A DNA stretch of 64,000 nt from NCBI GenBank assembly GCA_973895155.1, contig OZ316891.1, positions 23,621,899 to 23,685,898 of the forward strand, given 5' to 3'. This DNA is from Marsupella aquatica. Lineage: Eukaryota > Plantae > Marchantiophyta. The notes beneath the pieces were generated by a model. That model made no database searches, was not told where the DNA came from, and worked only from the letters and a program-made list of their open reading frames with translations. Shown here one piece after another: positions 13,839-28,200 of the stretch. Each line of letters begins with the position of its first letter. Positions within the stretch are counted from its first letter, which is position 1. A program made the translations under genes and the position numbers.

Positions 13839-14404
13839 TTATTTAGCAGTAGATTGAGCAGTCCCTTCCTGCTCAACAATCTGTCCAGCCTTGGCCAATC
13901 CTGCCATAGGTCCATGGACTGTTTGCTCGCCCCCAACTGTGGTCAATACTGTCTCAGTGGACCGCAAGCTCACCAAGGGACAATCAGTAATTCCAGCAGA
14001 GCGCATCTGCAACTGTTCAGCTACTCCCAAGCTGATAATCCAAGTCAAACAATTTAGGTCCATTGCTTGACCAAGAACCTGGCGCCGCAAACCCTCTAAC
14101 ACAGAGGCAACTGCAGTGGTGCCAGTCAAAAATCCCATAGCACGCTCTCTCTCATCAGCAGTAGGCTCCACTAACTGCTGGAGAGCTGTGTCCCACACAA
14201 GTCCAGGGCCACCTGCTCTGAATGCATATGAAGCAGAGTGGCTTACAAGAGTGGGTAATGCACAACGTGGGCGCCCAACTGCATTGACCATTGCCAATGG
14301 AGGTCTACCAGGTTGGGTCACACCCTGTGCCCGACGCCTTGGATCCAAAATATCATCCACCACTAAGGCCGGTGAGCGTGGAATGCTGTCAAATGTGCGC
14401 TTCA
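13839..14404 (-). pseudogene. C5 cytosine methyltransferase, C-terminal half (TRD, motifs IX-X)
   Basis: EPTADERERAMGF...RRQVLGQAMD; joins in frame to 30953+ after removing insert 14405-30952 and one CTTCA (EVLK-RTFDS). Confidence 0.85.
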
Positions 14405-14742
14405 TGTGACGGGGTCCCCGTCACTCAAAATCACGAATAATGGTCGCGGAGTGTTGCCGAGCGTAAATAACCATTGTAAATAAGCCGGTTTTTTTTGGTT
14501 TTTTTGTTACGACCGGCATTATCGGTTGCTATGTCCCGGAGGTCTCTACAATTTTGGATATCCTAATAGTTTGGAGGCCTAAGGCTTCCCAGTAAGCCAG
14601 GATGTTGGGACCTTGAAACTAGGGTCGGTCTAAGTGGACCCCCTGTTTCCCTTAGGCCCTGATTCCCTCTTTCTTTCTTTGAGACCCCAAATAAGGATTA
14701 GGAGGAGTGCTAACCTTTACGGAATAAGGGAAAAGCGAGGGC

Positions 14743-15091
14743 GGCGGAGCCGGGGTACGCTCGGGGATGGGGGGGGTATTAAACCCTCCCGTGAGCCCGT
14801 GAGCGGGGGTGGCTGTGAGAGAGGCTGCCGGGGGAGAAAAATTAAATCCCCAAAAAGGAGAGCGCAGCCGGGACTCCCGCGAGAAGGGGGGAAATGGTGC
14901 GGCGGAGCCGGGGTACGCTCGGGGATGGGGGGGTATTAAACCCTCCCGTGAGCCCGTGAGCGGGGGTGGCTGTGAGAGAGGCTGTCGGGGGAGAAAAATT
15001 AAATCCCCAAAAAGGAGAGCGCAGCCGGGACTCCCACGAGAAGGGGGGAAATGGCGCGGCGGAGCCGGGGTACACTCGGGGATGGGGGGGG
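14743..15091 (+). repeat. G-rich tandem repeat, 157-bp unit, about 2.2 copies
   Basis: GGCGGAGCCGGGGTAC...GGGGATGGGGGGG recurs at about 14743, 14901 and 15058. Confidence 0.9.
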
Positions 15092-18000
15092 GAATTAAAA
15101 ATTCCCCCTTATGGGGCTCCCGCGAGTGAGGCGCAGGAGGGCACCGGGGCGCAAGGCGAAAGGAGGTGTCGGGGGGAATTTTTTTTTGGTTTTTTTTCTT
15201 CCCTTCTTTTCTCCCTCTTTTGCACGACCCTCTCCTTGCCAAAAGCAAAACTTGAGCTCTCTCTCAACACCTTGCCGAAAGCTCTCTCCACCTTCTAATT
15301 ATTTTTGAAGCTCTCTCTCATGGTAGATTGGCGGGGCTTGGTGGCCTGATTCTTCCGGGCATTAGCGGCAGCAGCATGGAGTGGCTTCTGGGGGAATTGA
15401 GAGTAATTGATTGATTGGGATACGGGGGCCGTTTCGGGCCAGGGGATTGACATTGCTACGGGTAACGGGATTTGGTGATTGAGGATTGGATTTCTGGATG
15501 CATGGATGCTGGATCAACCAGAGTTTAGTGAGGCACGCATTTGGAGATACAAGGCTGCTTACCGTGACTATGTTGAGACATTGATTGCAAGAGAGAGAGA
15601 AGAGAGGGACGCTACGATGAGTACTGGACCGGCAACAAGTCCCGCATCGGTTATGAGGAAGGTTTTCCGTCGAATTTACCCCAAGACCTCTGCCAAGGTG
15701 ATGGAAGATTGCAAAGCTATGTTCCAGGCCGCCGGGCTCACCGACTTCATGAGAGTAGAGATTAGAATCCCTTCGGACAAGAGTTGGAACATTGAGGCCG
15801 GGATGGAGTTACGTACGGAAGGAATCTACTTTGAATGTCTCCAACGGGTAGTGCCCCATGTGGAGTTAGCTAAGCTTCTGTTCCTGGAGAACCAGTAATT
15901 CTCATTTACACCTCGAAACATAAGGGGAGAGCTCACGTTGACAATGGTGGCCGGTTGGGTGATTAATCCCACCTCCACTACTTCCATTCCTCTTTCCGCT
16001 GTCAAGGATGCTGAGCACAAGGGATTTCTGGCCAAGGTTCATCAACGGGTCCTGGGTAACGTGCAATCTGGGGTGGTGAATGGAGAACATTTCATAGTAG
16101 CTATGGACATCAAGAACTATCCAGCCCATGTGTACGGATGGTGGTACTACGGGTTGAAGAAGCTATTGGACGCTGATCCCGGGAGTGTGAAATCCGGTGG
16201 GGCTGTACATTTGATGGGGTCATTTTTGCTGGCCAGAGCAGAAGGGTGGATTGTTTCCCCGAGACAGGAAGACTCTGGATCATCCCTTACCACGGAAATT
16301 AGGAGTATTGCCACTACCATCTTGGGGAAACTAACGGAGGGATCAGCGTCGGCAGTGGGGGATGATAATAGAGAGGAAGAAAACCAGGATGAGGACTCCA
16401 CATTGGAGTGGCTTGAATCACTTGTGGGAAATCCGGAGGAGCCCCTGGTCTATGACATTCCTGATGTCTACCTGGCGGAGTTACGGGAATTTCGGGAGGG
16501 AGTCCATGAGGGACTCAAGCTAGTCCACGCATTGAGAGATTCTTTCAAGCAGGCCACCGCTAGAGTAGAGACTTTGGAGCAGAGTGCCCTGTCCATGAAG
16601 GAGGTGATCAAGGCCAAGGAGGAGGCCATTCATGAGAAGGTGAAACTTCTCCAAGCAGCTCACGTAGAGATTTCCAACTTGAAGGGAGCCTTGTCCACCA
16701 AGGCCAAGGAAGCGGAAGAGGTTGGAGTATTGAAACAAGCATTGGCCAAGGAGAAGCAGAATTCTGGAGACATGGTGGAGTTAAGAGCCCAAGTGGGAGC
16801 ACTGCGGGGTCAATTGGTGATCTTTGAGACAAGGGCTAAGAGGAGTGAGGCCTTGAGTCTGGGGAAACGGAAGAGCCCCTGCACACCTAGCTCCACACTT
16901 TCCCCGGATTTGATCTCCAAGGCCATTGAGATGGTGGTGAAGGAAGTCAGTGGGTGTGGTGCGTCCCATGGCTCCCTAAACCCAAGAAACCCCCCAGCTC
17001 AAGCCGATTCCCGCAGGTTTCACGCTTGGCGAGGCCGTTTCCGCGGCTTAGCGGCATGGGACGCTGCTAACCTTCTACTACTACTATTAACATTTTACAC
17101 ACATATACTGGACAGATCCTTCATCGGGTCATGAGATACGTAGCCGGCCTAATCTAGGCCTTCCCCTGTCTTCCCCTCCGTCTTGTTAGGTATGTTTGGA
17201 TTCCGCCGCCGGAATGATCCCCAATAGGCTTGGTTAAGCCGCTAAGACCTCTCTCAGCTCGACACATCCAACTCTCACTCCCCTGCTTACTTTCCTTCCT
17301 TTTGGTTGATTTGGGCACTCTTCACACAAGTTAATGCGACACACAAATAGCAAAATGACTCATTCTGACTGAGTCATACCATGCACTTGCCATACAAACA
17401 GTACATCTCATACACAAGTTCTGCGAACTAAGCCGTGAGGCCAACTCTATTCAGCTCTTAGGCATGAGGAAACATGAATATACACAAGGGTCACTGTATG
17501 ACTAACCGAGAGCTTCTCGTACTACTTGATCCCAGCCCGGCTGGTGCAAACTAAAAACTTGCTAAAGAAGAGGCCCTGAGCTCCCCGCTGCCCAGGTACT
17601 TATCCTGGTAGTGGATCCGCCATTCTTTGCATCGTAAGCCTAATCTACTTAACAGTAATCTACTTGCCCGAATCTACCTATGTACAGCAAGGCAGGAGCA
17701 CAAGTGTTGCTCCTACCAGTGGGACCGCAATCCCACTAAGCTAAGTGTCAGGGCCGCTCCTGGTCCTGACCCTAATCCTAAACTTGGAGATCAGCGCCCG
17801 CCCTGCCCACTCACGCCTCCTCCCTCCACGTCCGCCCTCCCTAAAAGGAACGGCGCCCTTGCACCGTCACAACACCGGTGGTGGATCCTTAATGGACGCC
17901 CCCAACGCTTCCTCCTCAGCCACTGCCGTAGGCTCATTCTCTGACAGATTACCTGCCCTTGACTGAGTCAACTCTCCATCGGCCTGATTGGGTCCACCAT

Positions 18001-18386
18001 CGGCGTCGGCATCGGCTCGGGAATCGGTTACGGCCTTAGCCTCGGCTACGGTCTCCCCGGCCTGCTCAAGAGGCGGATCTGGAATACCGGCCTCATTACT
18101 GAGTAGTTCGGCTTGGGCCGCACCACCCCCACCTGTGATGATAGCGGGATCTATTGCCGTATTCATGCCGGAGGATGGTGCTGGTTCTACCTCCTTGGTC
18201 ACCACGGCTTGTGGAGTCGGATTACTCCTTGACCCTGAAGGTTTCCGCTTTTTCTTCTTTTCTGGTTCGGCAGCTGGTCCCTTCCCCTTCCCACTTACTT
18301 CCGGCACTGGTGCAGTTGGCGCGGCTTTTTCTTCGGCCAGTACCACTCCTGGTAACTTGGTTGCCCCAATTGGAGTTGGGCCTGAT

Positions 18387-20764
18387 TGTCACGCGATTGA
18401 CATGGGTCTTAACACCAAAAACGTCACTATGGGTGCCAAAACCATCTCCTTGTACCTGAGGATCACGAAGGGATGTTGTGAATGCCGGTAAACACCAGTT
18501 TATGCCCTTAACACCAGACTATCATAGCAAGACTCTATCACACATCACCCAAGCTCAATCCCAAGGAACCGAGGTTGGGGATCAGATCTGCGCTCATGAT
18601 AGTTCTGGTGAGAAGGGGTCTTCATATCGGGCCCGTACACACAGGGCCTAGCGCTACGGTGCGCATAGGTCTATACATATGCTTACTGTCATAGGTATGT
18701 TTCTATTCCGCCGCCGGAATGTACCCATAAACCAGTGACTCCTGACTGATTCCCGGCTTAGGGACTTCTAAGCCATTGCCCCACCACTCTGCCATTCCAC
18801 TCTCAACAATCAGAGCTATGACAGTCCTCACCTAGCCCGCTTCAATGCACCCGGTACACCTCTCAGTGGCGCTGCTAGTTCCATCATACACTCAGATTGC
18901 CTCACACACACACACATCCATGAGAGAAATGAGGCCTGAGAGGAAAACTCAATTAGATTCAAAGATGTGCACAATAGTTCACTGAGAACACTTGATCCGA
19001 ACACTAGGGCCGAAGGCTGTCTCCTCCAGATTGTGACGTGCTTGCCCTGCAAGCCCCATGCTTGCCATGCAAGCTCAATCCTGAACTCAACCTCCTTCAC
19101 TGCACTTCATTCTTGGGGGCACATACAGATCTCACACCTCCAATTCAGAACGTCAAGTTACGCATGCATAGTTGACTCGACTTCAAAGCTGGTACCAGGC
19201 CTAACGGCGATCTACCCCAGACTGCAATGAGGCCCGACCTCACGCTTGCCCTGCAAGCTCAGCTCTGGCCATAGATCCCTTAGTGCTCTCCACCAGACAA
19301 AGGCCGGGACTCCCCATGGGTCACGTAGCCTTGCCAGACTGAACTGTAAATGCTCCTCCTGCTGCCCCTTAATCAGTACCTCGGCCTCCCTAATGTGCCC
19401 ACCGCAAATCGAATTGAAATCCTCCCCACAGTTTACAATCACCAATACATCACCTATCACCAAGGCTCTGTATCGGGGGAAAAGAACCCAGTTGTGCTGC
19501 CCACTAGAAAGAGCCACAATCCAGCTCGCAAACCTAGCAACCCGTTGCTGTGAAGCTTGGTTGATTACTCCCTGAGTATAGCACAACCAAGCTCTCCCCA
19601 ACACGCAGCGTCCAAGTCCAGCCTTGCTTGCACAGAGCTCCTCCCCGCTACTCAGTCTAAGTGAGATCACACAACTGAAGTCCCCCCCTGGCTCTACCGG
19701 AGGGATGCTCTATATACTCTCTCATTGAGCCCAAATGGGTGGATGCTACGCTGCTGGAGCCCCATCCCAGCCCTAATAGAGCTGCCACTATCTCTAACTA
19801 CTGAACCCTAACTCGCAACTTTATTTCTATCTCGAATTGGCTATGTACTTCGGATTCGGCCCTCCTCCATAGTTTTCGCGAGCTTGCGCCTCCTCTCCCG
19901 ATTTCTCTATTTAACCATTTTCTGCGTGGATAGCAGCGTTGGAAGCGGCTTGAGCTCCTCTTTCCAACGAGGTCAATTATAGCCGATTTGGTCAAATACA
20001 CAGAGAGTTATGCCCCCGTAACCGAGAGGGGGTACTCACTGTTGCGCTAACCCGAGTTACATAGCTAACCCGAGTTCGGCTAACCTAGCTATCCTATCTA
20101 ACCCGAGTAGAGCTAACCCGTGGTCTCGGGTTAGGCCGCTACCCGCTATCCGCTATCCGCTAACCTAGCCTAAGCTGAGCCCGAACCTGAGCTTACCTAT
20201 GCTAACCTGAGCCCGAGTTTAGGCTAACCCGAGTTCAATCTAATCCGAACCTAGGTTAAGCCTAAGCTGAAGCTGTGCTGACCTAAGCTAAGCTGAAGCC
20301 GTGCTTACCTGAGCTAAGGTGAAGCCGTGCTCACCTGAGCTAAGCTGAAGCCGTGCTTACCTGAGCTAAGCTGAAGCCGTGCTCACATAAGCTAAGCCGT
20401 GGTCGAGCTTGGGTTAACCCGAAACTGAAGCCGAATCCGCTAATTCCGGCCATAAGTTAACCCGTCACACTAATCAGGCCGTATCTCTCTTAATACACCT
20501 CCATTTCCCGAGTGTTTTATATCGATTTTACTCGCCTTGACCAGATCTTTCCAATGCTCTTTACAGATCCGGATTTGGTGACATATTGAAGAGATATGGT
20601 CGTCGACCACCCGCGACATAGTTTTTATTTCCCTACTCTTAACGCCATGATTGCCCTTATTCTTGCCATCTTGCTAATTGTTATGTAATATCAATAGCTA
20701 CTCCTTGCATACAGCAACCTACTTAATCAGATTACAAAATAAGGATCATGTCATTGGCGTCACA
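18387..20764 (-). mobile_element. Solo LTR family 3 (2378 bp)
   Basis: TGTCAC...GTCACA ends, TSD CTGAT (18382-18386/20765-20769); the empty site is visible in the paralogous copy at 60981-61003. Confidence 0.85.
20045..20465. repeat. Minisatellite: GCTAACCCGAG units and ~26-bp CCTGAGCTAAGCTGAAGCCGTGCT units
   Basis: Directly visible tandem repeats inside the family 3 LTR. Confidence 0.85.
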
Positions 20765-23700
20765 CTGATGAAGACAAGCACTTAAATACTGCGGCTTGTT
20801 TCTTCAGCCGCTCCGTTTGGTTGTCGGCCTGCCGCTGGAGGTTCTCCATCTTCCTCGTGATTTCCTCCAACTCCTCCTGGGTCTCATCCAGGTCCTTGCG
20901 TGCCTCCTTTAGTTCCTTCTGGGCTTCCTCCCGTTCTTGTTTCAAGGTAGTCCTCTCCTCCTGGGTTGCTCTTAGCTCCTTGTCGAGCTCTACAATGATG
21001 ACAGACTCCATCTGGTTCATCTTGGCGTAAGTCTGTTCGAGCATCTCGTCCTTCTCCCTTAGGTCGGCCTTGAAGCTGGCCGTCAGGGACGCAAGCTCCT
21101 GCTGCAGCGCCATAATCCCTTGATAGGATTTCCCTAACTCGGCCTCCTTCTGCTCAAGGGCTCCGCGGATTTTCTCGAGCTCCCCCTTCAACGCCCATTC
21201 CTTTCTTTGGGTCTCCGCCATGGCCCGGCTGTTGGCTGTTATGTGGGCCTCCTCTGTATTCTTCAGCTCTTGCTTCCACTTCTCCCTCTCTTTGATCGTG
21301 TCGGCCAACTCTCCCTGCGTCTGAGTCAGTTTATCCTTGATATTCTGATTATCAGCCTGCGCGGTGTCCAACTGCCCCTGCATGATGTTCAGCTCATGTC
21401 GTTTAATCCGCAGTTCATCTTGGGCTTTCTTGGCCGCCCTTAGATCTTCAATCTCGGCTTCCATCCTCCTAAGCCGCCGAATGACCTCGTCCTTCTTGCT
21501 TCTCTCTAAAGCCACCGCTTCTTCTAATTGGTGCTTCTCCAACTGCTCCCTATGGAAAAAGGGTCCTACCTCCAACTCCTCTCCAAAGATGCCGAGCGCA
21601 AGTTCCCCACACATCTCACCATACTCCATGGCTCTATTCTTAGCGTAGGTGGAGTAAGTAGAAGTGATCGGCATCGCCCATCGCGGCCTCTGCTCCCAAG
21701 CCGTCTTGCGGATCTCTTCAATCGTGGCTAGAGGTTTGCTTCCTTTTTTGGCTAGCCGCCTGATGTCCTCCGGCCAATCTCCTCCTGGTAAATCCTTTTC
21801 CCTAGCCAGGGCTGCCTCCTCTTCCTGCTTGATTCGCTCCTGAAATTCCTGCACCGTCTGTTTTATGTCGTCGAAGCTCGGGGGAGCAACATCTGGTGGG
21901 GGAGACTCAGGGCTACTCTGCTGGTTGGGGTCCCCTCGCACTACCCTTGGAAGTGTGGGGACAAACCGGCCACAGGTCCTTACTCCTGGGATGTGATGGT
22001 CCGACCCATAGCCGGAATTATCATGGTTGCAGTCCTCCACTGCCTCCTCTACTTCTTGGCCGTCCGGCTTCTCCCTCTCCTCTTCGTCGGTAGGAGCTTC
22101 AGGCAATTCTGCCTCAGATTCGGAGCTTGAGATTCCCACGTACATTCGAACACTTGGCTTGGATTCAGGCCTGATTCTCTCCTTGTCTCCAGCAAAGGGG
22201 TTTTCTCTTGTGAGCCGGTGTAGGCCTACCTCTGTAGTAGTGTCCTGCATTGTTGCCGTTGCCGTTGTTGTTGCCGATGCCGATTTCTTTTCTTTCTCCA
22301 GTAGTTTCAGCAGACTCTGCATGCCTGGTTGCTGCATCGGCAAGTCCTCCTTCCTGGGCCTAAACACCTGCTCGATCGTAGGGCTAACAGGTGGTTGAGG
22401 CTTCTCAGCCAACGGCCTCGGCGTTGGAGCTTCCTCGGGTGCCCTTACCTGCAGGGGAAGTACCGGGGCAAAAGTCTGACCTCTGGCATACCGGCACAAC
22501 AGCGGCATGTGATAGCCAAGCCGCGACACGCTCCCCATGCCGATTACCTGCTGCTCCTCCTTTAAGATCTTCTTCAATTGGTTGAGAAGGTACCCGTTGT
22601 AGTCCCGGCTTGGGTCTGGCCTTTCTGCCAGATAGACCTATGCCTTGCCGATCTCTGCCCTCGGCAAGTTACAATGCATGGTCACCCGCAAGAAGTCGAT
22701 CATCTCTCCTATGTGCGGGTTGGTGCAGGTGTTCTGGAAGAAGCCATTCTTCGTTGATGGCCCGGGGAACGACCGGAACTCCTTGTCAGGCAAGGTCTTC
22801 CTGGTATCAACTTTGGTCTTATTGCCTATCGGCAAGCCAAACACTTCGGCAATTACCTTGGGAGTAAGATAGAAATCCTTCCCATATATCCTCGTGCAAT
22901 TGGTCTCGGGTTCCCATGACCCCACGAATTCTAATAGGTCTGACTCCGGTACCTCCGGCTTCAGCCATGGTAATCTTACAAAGGCCTCTAAGCCGGATCC
23001 GGCCATGAAGCCTTGGTACTTCTTGGTCTGCATGGCCGTGAAGCATGCATCCTCCTCCCGTGCAAAATGTAGTTGCACCTCCACCGGTAGGGTTGCCGCC
23101 CAGCCCTTCCAGGTGTCATCCCTGGTTGGAATGGCCTTGATGGGATCGACCTCCTCCTCTTCGGCTTCTCCCTGCCTCCTGCTCTGCTGCTCGGCTGGCT
23201 TCTTTGGTGCCGCCGACCTCGTTCTTTTTGCCGGGGTGGCTTCATCGTTGACGGCTCCCTTCCTCTTCATCTCTGCTGCCGTGGAGGTTTCTCCTAGCAC
23301 CGTTGCCTGGGTCCACCTTTCCGTGCTACCCTTTAATTCCCAGTGTATGTCGTTGCAGTTCTTGATGGCCTCTCGGATGCCGACGACGCTGTCTTTGCAA
23401 AACAGAAGATCATCGAGTTGATTGGAAGTAGGCGTCCACAAGAACTCGTCCTTGATGAGTTCGCCTCCTAAGAAAGCCGTCTTCTGCAGCTCCCACAATC
23501 GAGCGAGCTCCTACCATTCTCGAGCTGCCCTTTCTAATTCCTCGTCCTCGTAAGTCTTGATGTACTCAGTTGCCCGTTCGAACAGGCATCCCCAGAAATG
23601 TGCCGCTTGATTGACGTTGCTCATACCCTCCTTAGGTCGATCGTCGGTATCTACTCTCTCCCTGAGTGCTTGCTTAAGCAACTGACAGTAGTTGGCCTCC

Positions 23701-25283
23701 CGTAGTTGTCTGCCTAGTTCGTGCTCGCAAATGAGCCACCATCTCCTGCAAGCACTCCTTACCCCTCTCCTCTGCCGGTCCTTCTTCCCATTGATCCTTC
23801 CTAGCCGCCGACGCTTAACGCGCCCTAACCCTAATCGAGTTTTCACCCTCAGCGTCCTTACCTCCGGCCTCGGCCCGGGTTCCATGGTTGCCCCTAATGG
23901 TTTATATTTTCCTTGTTTTGTCCCTATACTAAGGTGTTCCTAGGGTGCCTTCCTGCTTTACCCACTTAACTGGCCGAGTGATTCCTGTCTAGGCATCACA
24001 GTGGGAAGTACGGACCCCTGTTGGATGCAGCCAAGAAGAGTCAAGAGAAGAGCAAGAGCTTAGAGAAAAAGCTCAGGGAGGTACGTAAATCTTTACGAGA
24101 AGCTCAGGTCAACATGGGGACCCCGGGGATGCCACCCCGATCTGTCACCCCTGGGACTCCCATGGCCACTAGGCAGGTTTTACCGTTGGAGTTGCGGTCC
24201 GGTGAAGAGGCGGCCTTATGGAAGGACACCATTGGTGAGGGGTACATTAAGGCGTGGCAGGCCTTGGCCAATTTGAGGAAGCAGGGGAGCACTAGCACAA
24301 GGAGTACCCCGGTAAAGAAGAAGAGGAGTGAAGTAGCACTCACTACAGTGGAGAGTGATGAGGAGGCCCACTCACGGGGCTTAAGCCAGGGCACCGTGAG
24401 TGAAGAGGAGGAGGATTAGAGTGGTCGTACGGACGTGGTTGTACGGCCCCTGGACTTTCCCCAAAAAAAATTTGAGGGGTCACTCACGGGCTTGTTGGAA
24501 AGAGCTCGCGGAGCTGATTCCAACAAGGGGCGGCGCTCCTCAAACGGAGCGAGGATGAGCAGGTTATGGCCCGGCGAAGTTGTGTTTACGGGAAACGGAA
24601 ACGGCCATAACTTGGTCGTCTGAGGTCCGTTTTGAGAGCGGTTGAGTGATTCATGATAAGGAGGAGGGGGACCATCCAGAGGTGAACTCAGTAGTGCAGG
24701 TGGAGAGGCGCCTAGTTTTGGCCATTGTGAGGTTCCTTGCAATTTCACGGTTCACGGAGTAATGTTGGGGCACCATCGAAGGCACCGTCAGCCCCATTGT
24801 TAGTTTAGGGTTTGTGGTTTTAGCAGCATGTGTGTGCCACATGCCTTTTTAGTTTAGGGATTTCTTAGTGCAGGGTTTTCGCGGCGCCGCTAGGGTAAGC
24901 CGCCATCGTTGTGACCCCATGAGGGGTGCTTTGGTGTGGTTTTTTTCGGTATTTAGGGGGAGAGCCCCGAAGTAGTTGGGGGGGAACTCAGCATAGTGCT
25001 TGGAGTAGCTTTTGTGAGTAGCACACCGATTAGGAGAAGTTCAAGCCAGAGTAGTGAGGTGGAGAACGTAGCACTTGTCCCCGGGAGGCAGGAGTTGGGC
25101 AGACGGCAGGAGGCCGGGTTGTCCTTGCATGTGTTACGGGAAACACCAAGAGATATGGATTTGGCTTGAGGTTCCAATATTTTGTGTGTCACTTGTTGTT
25201 GCTTGTGTTGTTTGTTTTCCTCCCCTAGTGCGTGTGGTCGGTGTCGTTGTGGAAACATTTGCCCTTGTCACTAGTGTTCAAAT

Positions 25284-28200
25284 TGTTTCATTCAATGTAT
25301 TCACCAACAATGATCACGCTTCTCTTAGGAGTGTAAGAATATATGGGTTACATTGATGGGCAGTTATGTAACTGCCCTAACTCCTAATTGTCACTTAGAG
25401 TGTAATCTACATCTTATAACACTCCCCCTTGGTTCTTTGAAGTGATTAGAAAAAGAACCACTCTATGGAGATTGTAACTCTAAGTGTTAATTATTTGATC
25501 CTTATAAGTAGTATGGCCTCATTAAAACTTTCCCGCTTTCTTCTGAAAGAAAGAGTGCCACTACTGTACAAGTAATAAGGTCATCGAAATACATTTAGGG
25601 TAATCTAATGAGAATTTTATAGTGAAAGTTTCATGCAGTTTCGAGAGTTTTAGTTCTAGCTGTGAGTTTGTAGTAGAGTAGATAGACGACGCATCCCGAT
25701 ACCATGTGTGTGATCGTGGTGAACTGAAGGTGGGAGGGGCTTAGTGAAGAGATCTGCGCGATTATCTTTACTTGCAATCCAATGAACTTGAATCTGATCG
25801 CCATGCTGTTCGTGAGTGTAGAAAAATTTGGGGGCAATATGCTTTATCCGATCTCCTTTGATAAAGCCTTGTGTAACTTGATCGACGCAAGGGCGATTGT
25901 CCTCGTAGATAGTTGTTGGAGCATTGAGAAGTGGACGACCTGTATGCTGATTAATGTGATCAATGAGTTGTCTGAGCCAGATGCATTCACGACTTGCTTC
26001 GTAAAGGGCAATGATTTCTGCATGGTTCGAGGACGTTGTCGTGAGGGTCTGTTTGGAGCTTCGCCAAGATATCGCGGTGCTGCCTTGGAGAAATACATAC
26101 CCGGTTTGCGATTTAGCGTCATCCGGGTCCGAAAGGTATCCAGCATCAGCAAATCCGATGAGTTCAGAAGGAGCATCGTTGGGAAAGAACAATCCCAAGT
26201 CAAGTGTGCCCTGTATGTATCGAAAAATTCGCTTTACGCCATTCCAGTGTCTTATTTGTTGGTTGCGAACTATGACGAGCAAGAAGGTTAACAGCGAATG
26301 AAATGTCAGGGCGTGTGTGATTCGCTAAGTACATGAGCGCACCAATTGCTGAAAGATAGGGTTTTTCTGCTCCAAGTATCTGCTCTGTTTCTGTGCGTTT
26401 CTTGAATGTATCTCGATTCGGGTCCAGAGATCTCAGTTCCATTGGAGTGCTCACTGGATGAGCTTTATCCATGTTGAACTGCTTTACAATCTTTCTTGCA
26501 TAAGTCGCTTGATTAATAAGTATGCCGCCCTGCACATAGTCAAATTGAAGTCCAAGACAGTACTTGGGTTCTCCTAGATCTCGCATTTGAAATGTTGTTT
26601 TCAATGTTGCCATTGTTTCTTTAACTATTGTAGGTGTACCGAAGATGTTAATATCGTCTACATAAATAGCGACGATTATGTAATCTGTGTCATGTTGTTT
26701 AAGAAAAAGACAGGGAGCAATGTCGTTATTGACAAAGTTCAGAGCTAGCATCTCTGCCTTAAATCTTTTATACCAGGTTTGGCCACTTTGTTTGAGCCCA
26801 TATAGGGATCGCAGTACTTGGACTGCCAATTGTTTTGTCTGTATAGCAGATCTGGGAAGTCGACTTCTCGCTTGATGTGCACTCGGCACCTGTAATTCAT
26901 GAAGAACTGAAGGTTCGTTTTCATGTGCATGCTTTAGAAGGTACTCTATAGGAGTTTTCCTTGTTAACCCTGATTGTAGATCAGGGTTTGTATTATGTTT
27001 ATTCTCCCCCTGAATTCGAAATGTCATTCGTGTGATTAACTCAGGAGGAGCCTTCATGTAGATTGTAGTGTCCAATATGCCATAAAGGTAGGCTGTGATA
27101 ACATCTAGTATGTTTAGTGTCAATTTGTGCGTAAGTGCAAACGCTATCATGTATCTATAAGTTATCGAATCCATCACGGGTGAGTAAGTAAGGTCAAAGT
27201 CACGTCCTGGGATTTGCGTATAGCCTTTAGCAACCAGTCGTGCTTTGTACCGAATTATCTCTCCTTGAGCGTTTCTTTTCCGTGTGAAAATGAATTTATA
27301 TCCGATAAGTGATGTGTGTAGAGGGGTAGGAATGACCGGACCAAAGACTTCTCGTTGAATTAATGAGTCCAATTCAGAATTAAGTGCTATCTCCCACTGG
27401 GGCCAATCAGGCCGCTGCTGTGCCTCATGGACTGACAGGGGATCTGGGGTGTCATTGGTGATATCCTGAGATATATTGAATGCAAATATATCATCTATAA
27501 TTGTATCCTTTCGATGCCATAATCGACCAGTATGCATATAATTGATGGATATTTCTTGATTTTCTTCTGGCTGAGTGAGAGAGTGGGTAGATGGTACCGG
27601 TGGAGGTGGCACATTCGTTGGGTTAGCTGGTGGTCGTCGTTGGCGAGGTTGGCTGTCTCTAGAGCCCAGTGGTCGACCTCGTTTTGCTCTTGGGGCAGCT
27701 TCAGTGGCAAGTTGGTCTAGTATTAGTATTTGGGCTGGAGTATTGGCCGCCTCTGTGTGTGAACGGGTTACTTCAGCTGCATCATTAAAAGCGTCCGGGA
27801 GCTTTTCCAGCATCTGATGGAGATGTAATATGCGTCTGACTTCTGCATCAGCTTGTCTGGTACGTGGATCAAGTCCCACCGGTAGGATGGTCTGCCATTG
27901 TAATAATTGTTTTCTACCATTCTCATCGGATGGATGTGTAGTTAGTTTCGGAAATTCGTCTTCAAAAAAGGTACAGTCAAGGAATCTGGCCTTGAACACA
28001 TCTGTTGTGGATGGTTCCAGGAACCGAATAATGGAGGGTGAGTCAAAACCAACATAAATCCCTCGTTGGCGCTGGGGGCCCATCTTGGTGCGTTTTGGGC
28101 CTAGGATAGGGACAAGGACTAAACACCCAAACGTCCGCAAGTGAGAAATGTTAGGTGGTATACCAAATGCAAGGTAATGCGGAGTATGGGTATTAAATGC

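Larger units (their letters stand above)
17745..23885 (-). pseudogene. LTR-borne ORF: plant-transposon/mobile-domain-like region plus long coiled coil (interrupted by stops and the 18387-20764 insert)
   Basis: ORFs 23511-23885, 22638-23498, 20760-22577 and 17867-18346 are colinear; the region LPW...EFV...FGLP.G...NGF is shared with ORF 50066-51610. Confidence 0.7.
16955..24000 (-). mobile_element. Giant solo LTR family 2 (about 4.66 kb of its own sequence) with a long ORF
   Basis: TGTG...CACA termini, TSD GTGGG (16950-16954/24001-24005); homologous copies at 59578-61003 and 61004-64000. Confidence 0.8.
15479..24419 (+). pseudogene. LTR-borne ORF with coiled-coil C-terminus (15479-16954 plus 24006-24419)
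   Basis: ORFs 15479-15898 and 15938-16954 continue in frame as KYGPLLDAAKKSQEK after the insert with TSD GTGGG is removed. Confidence 0.65.

Noticed and set aside
18828-19670. Protein-coding gene in the family 3 LTR
   Set aside because: Fragmented by stops with no recognisable motif; cannot be supported.
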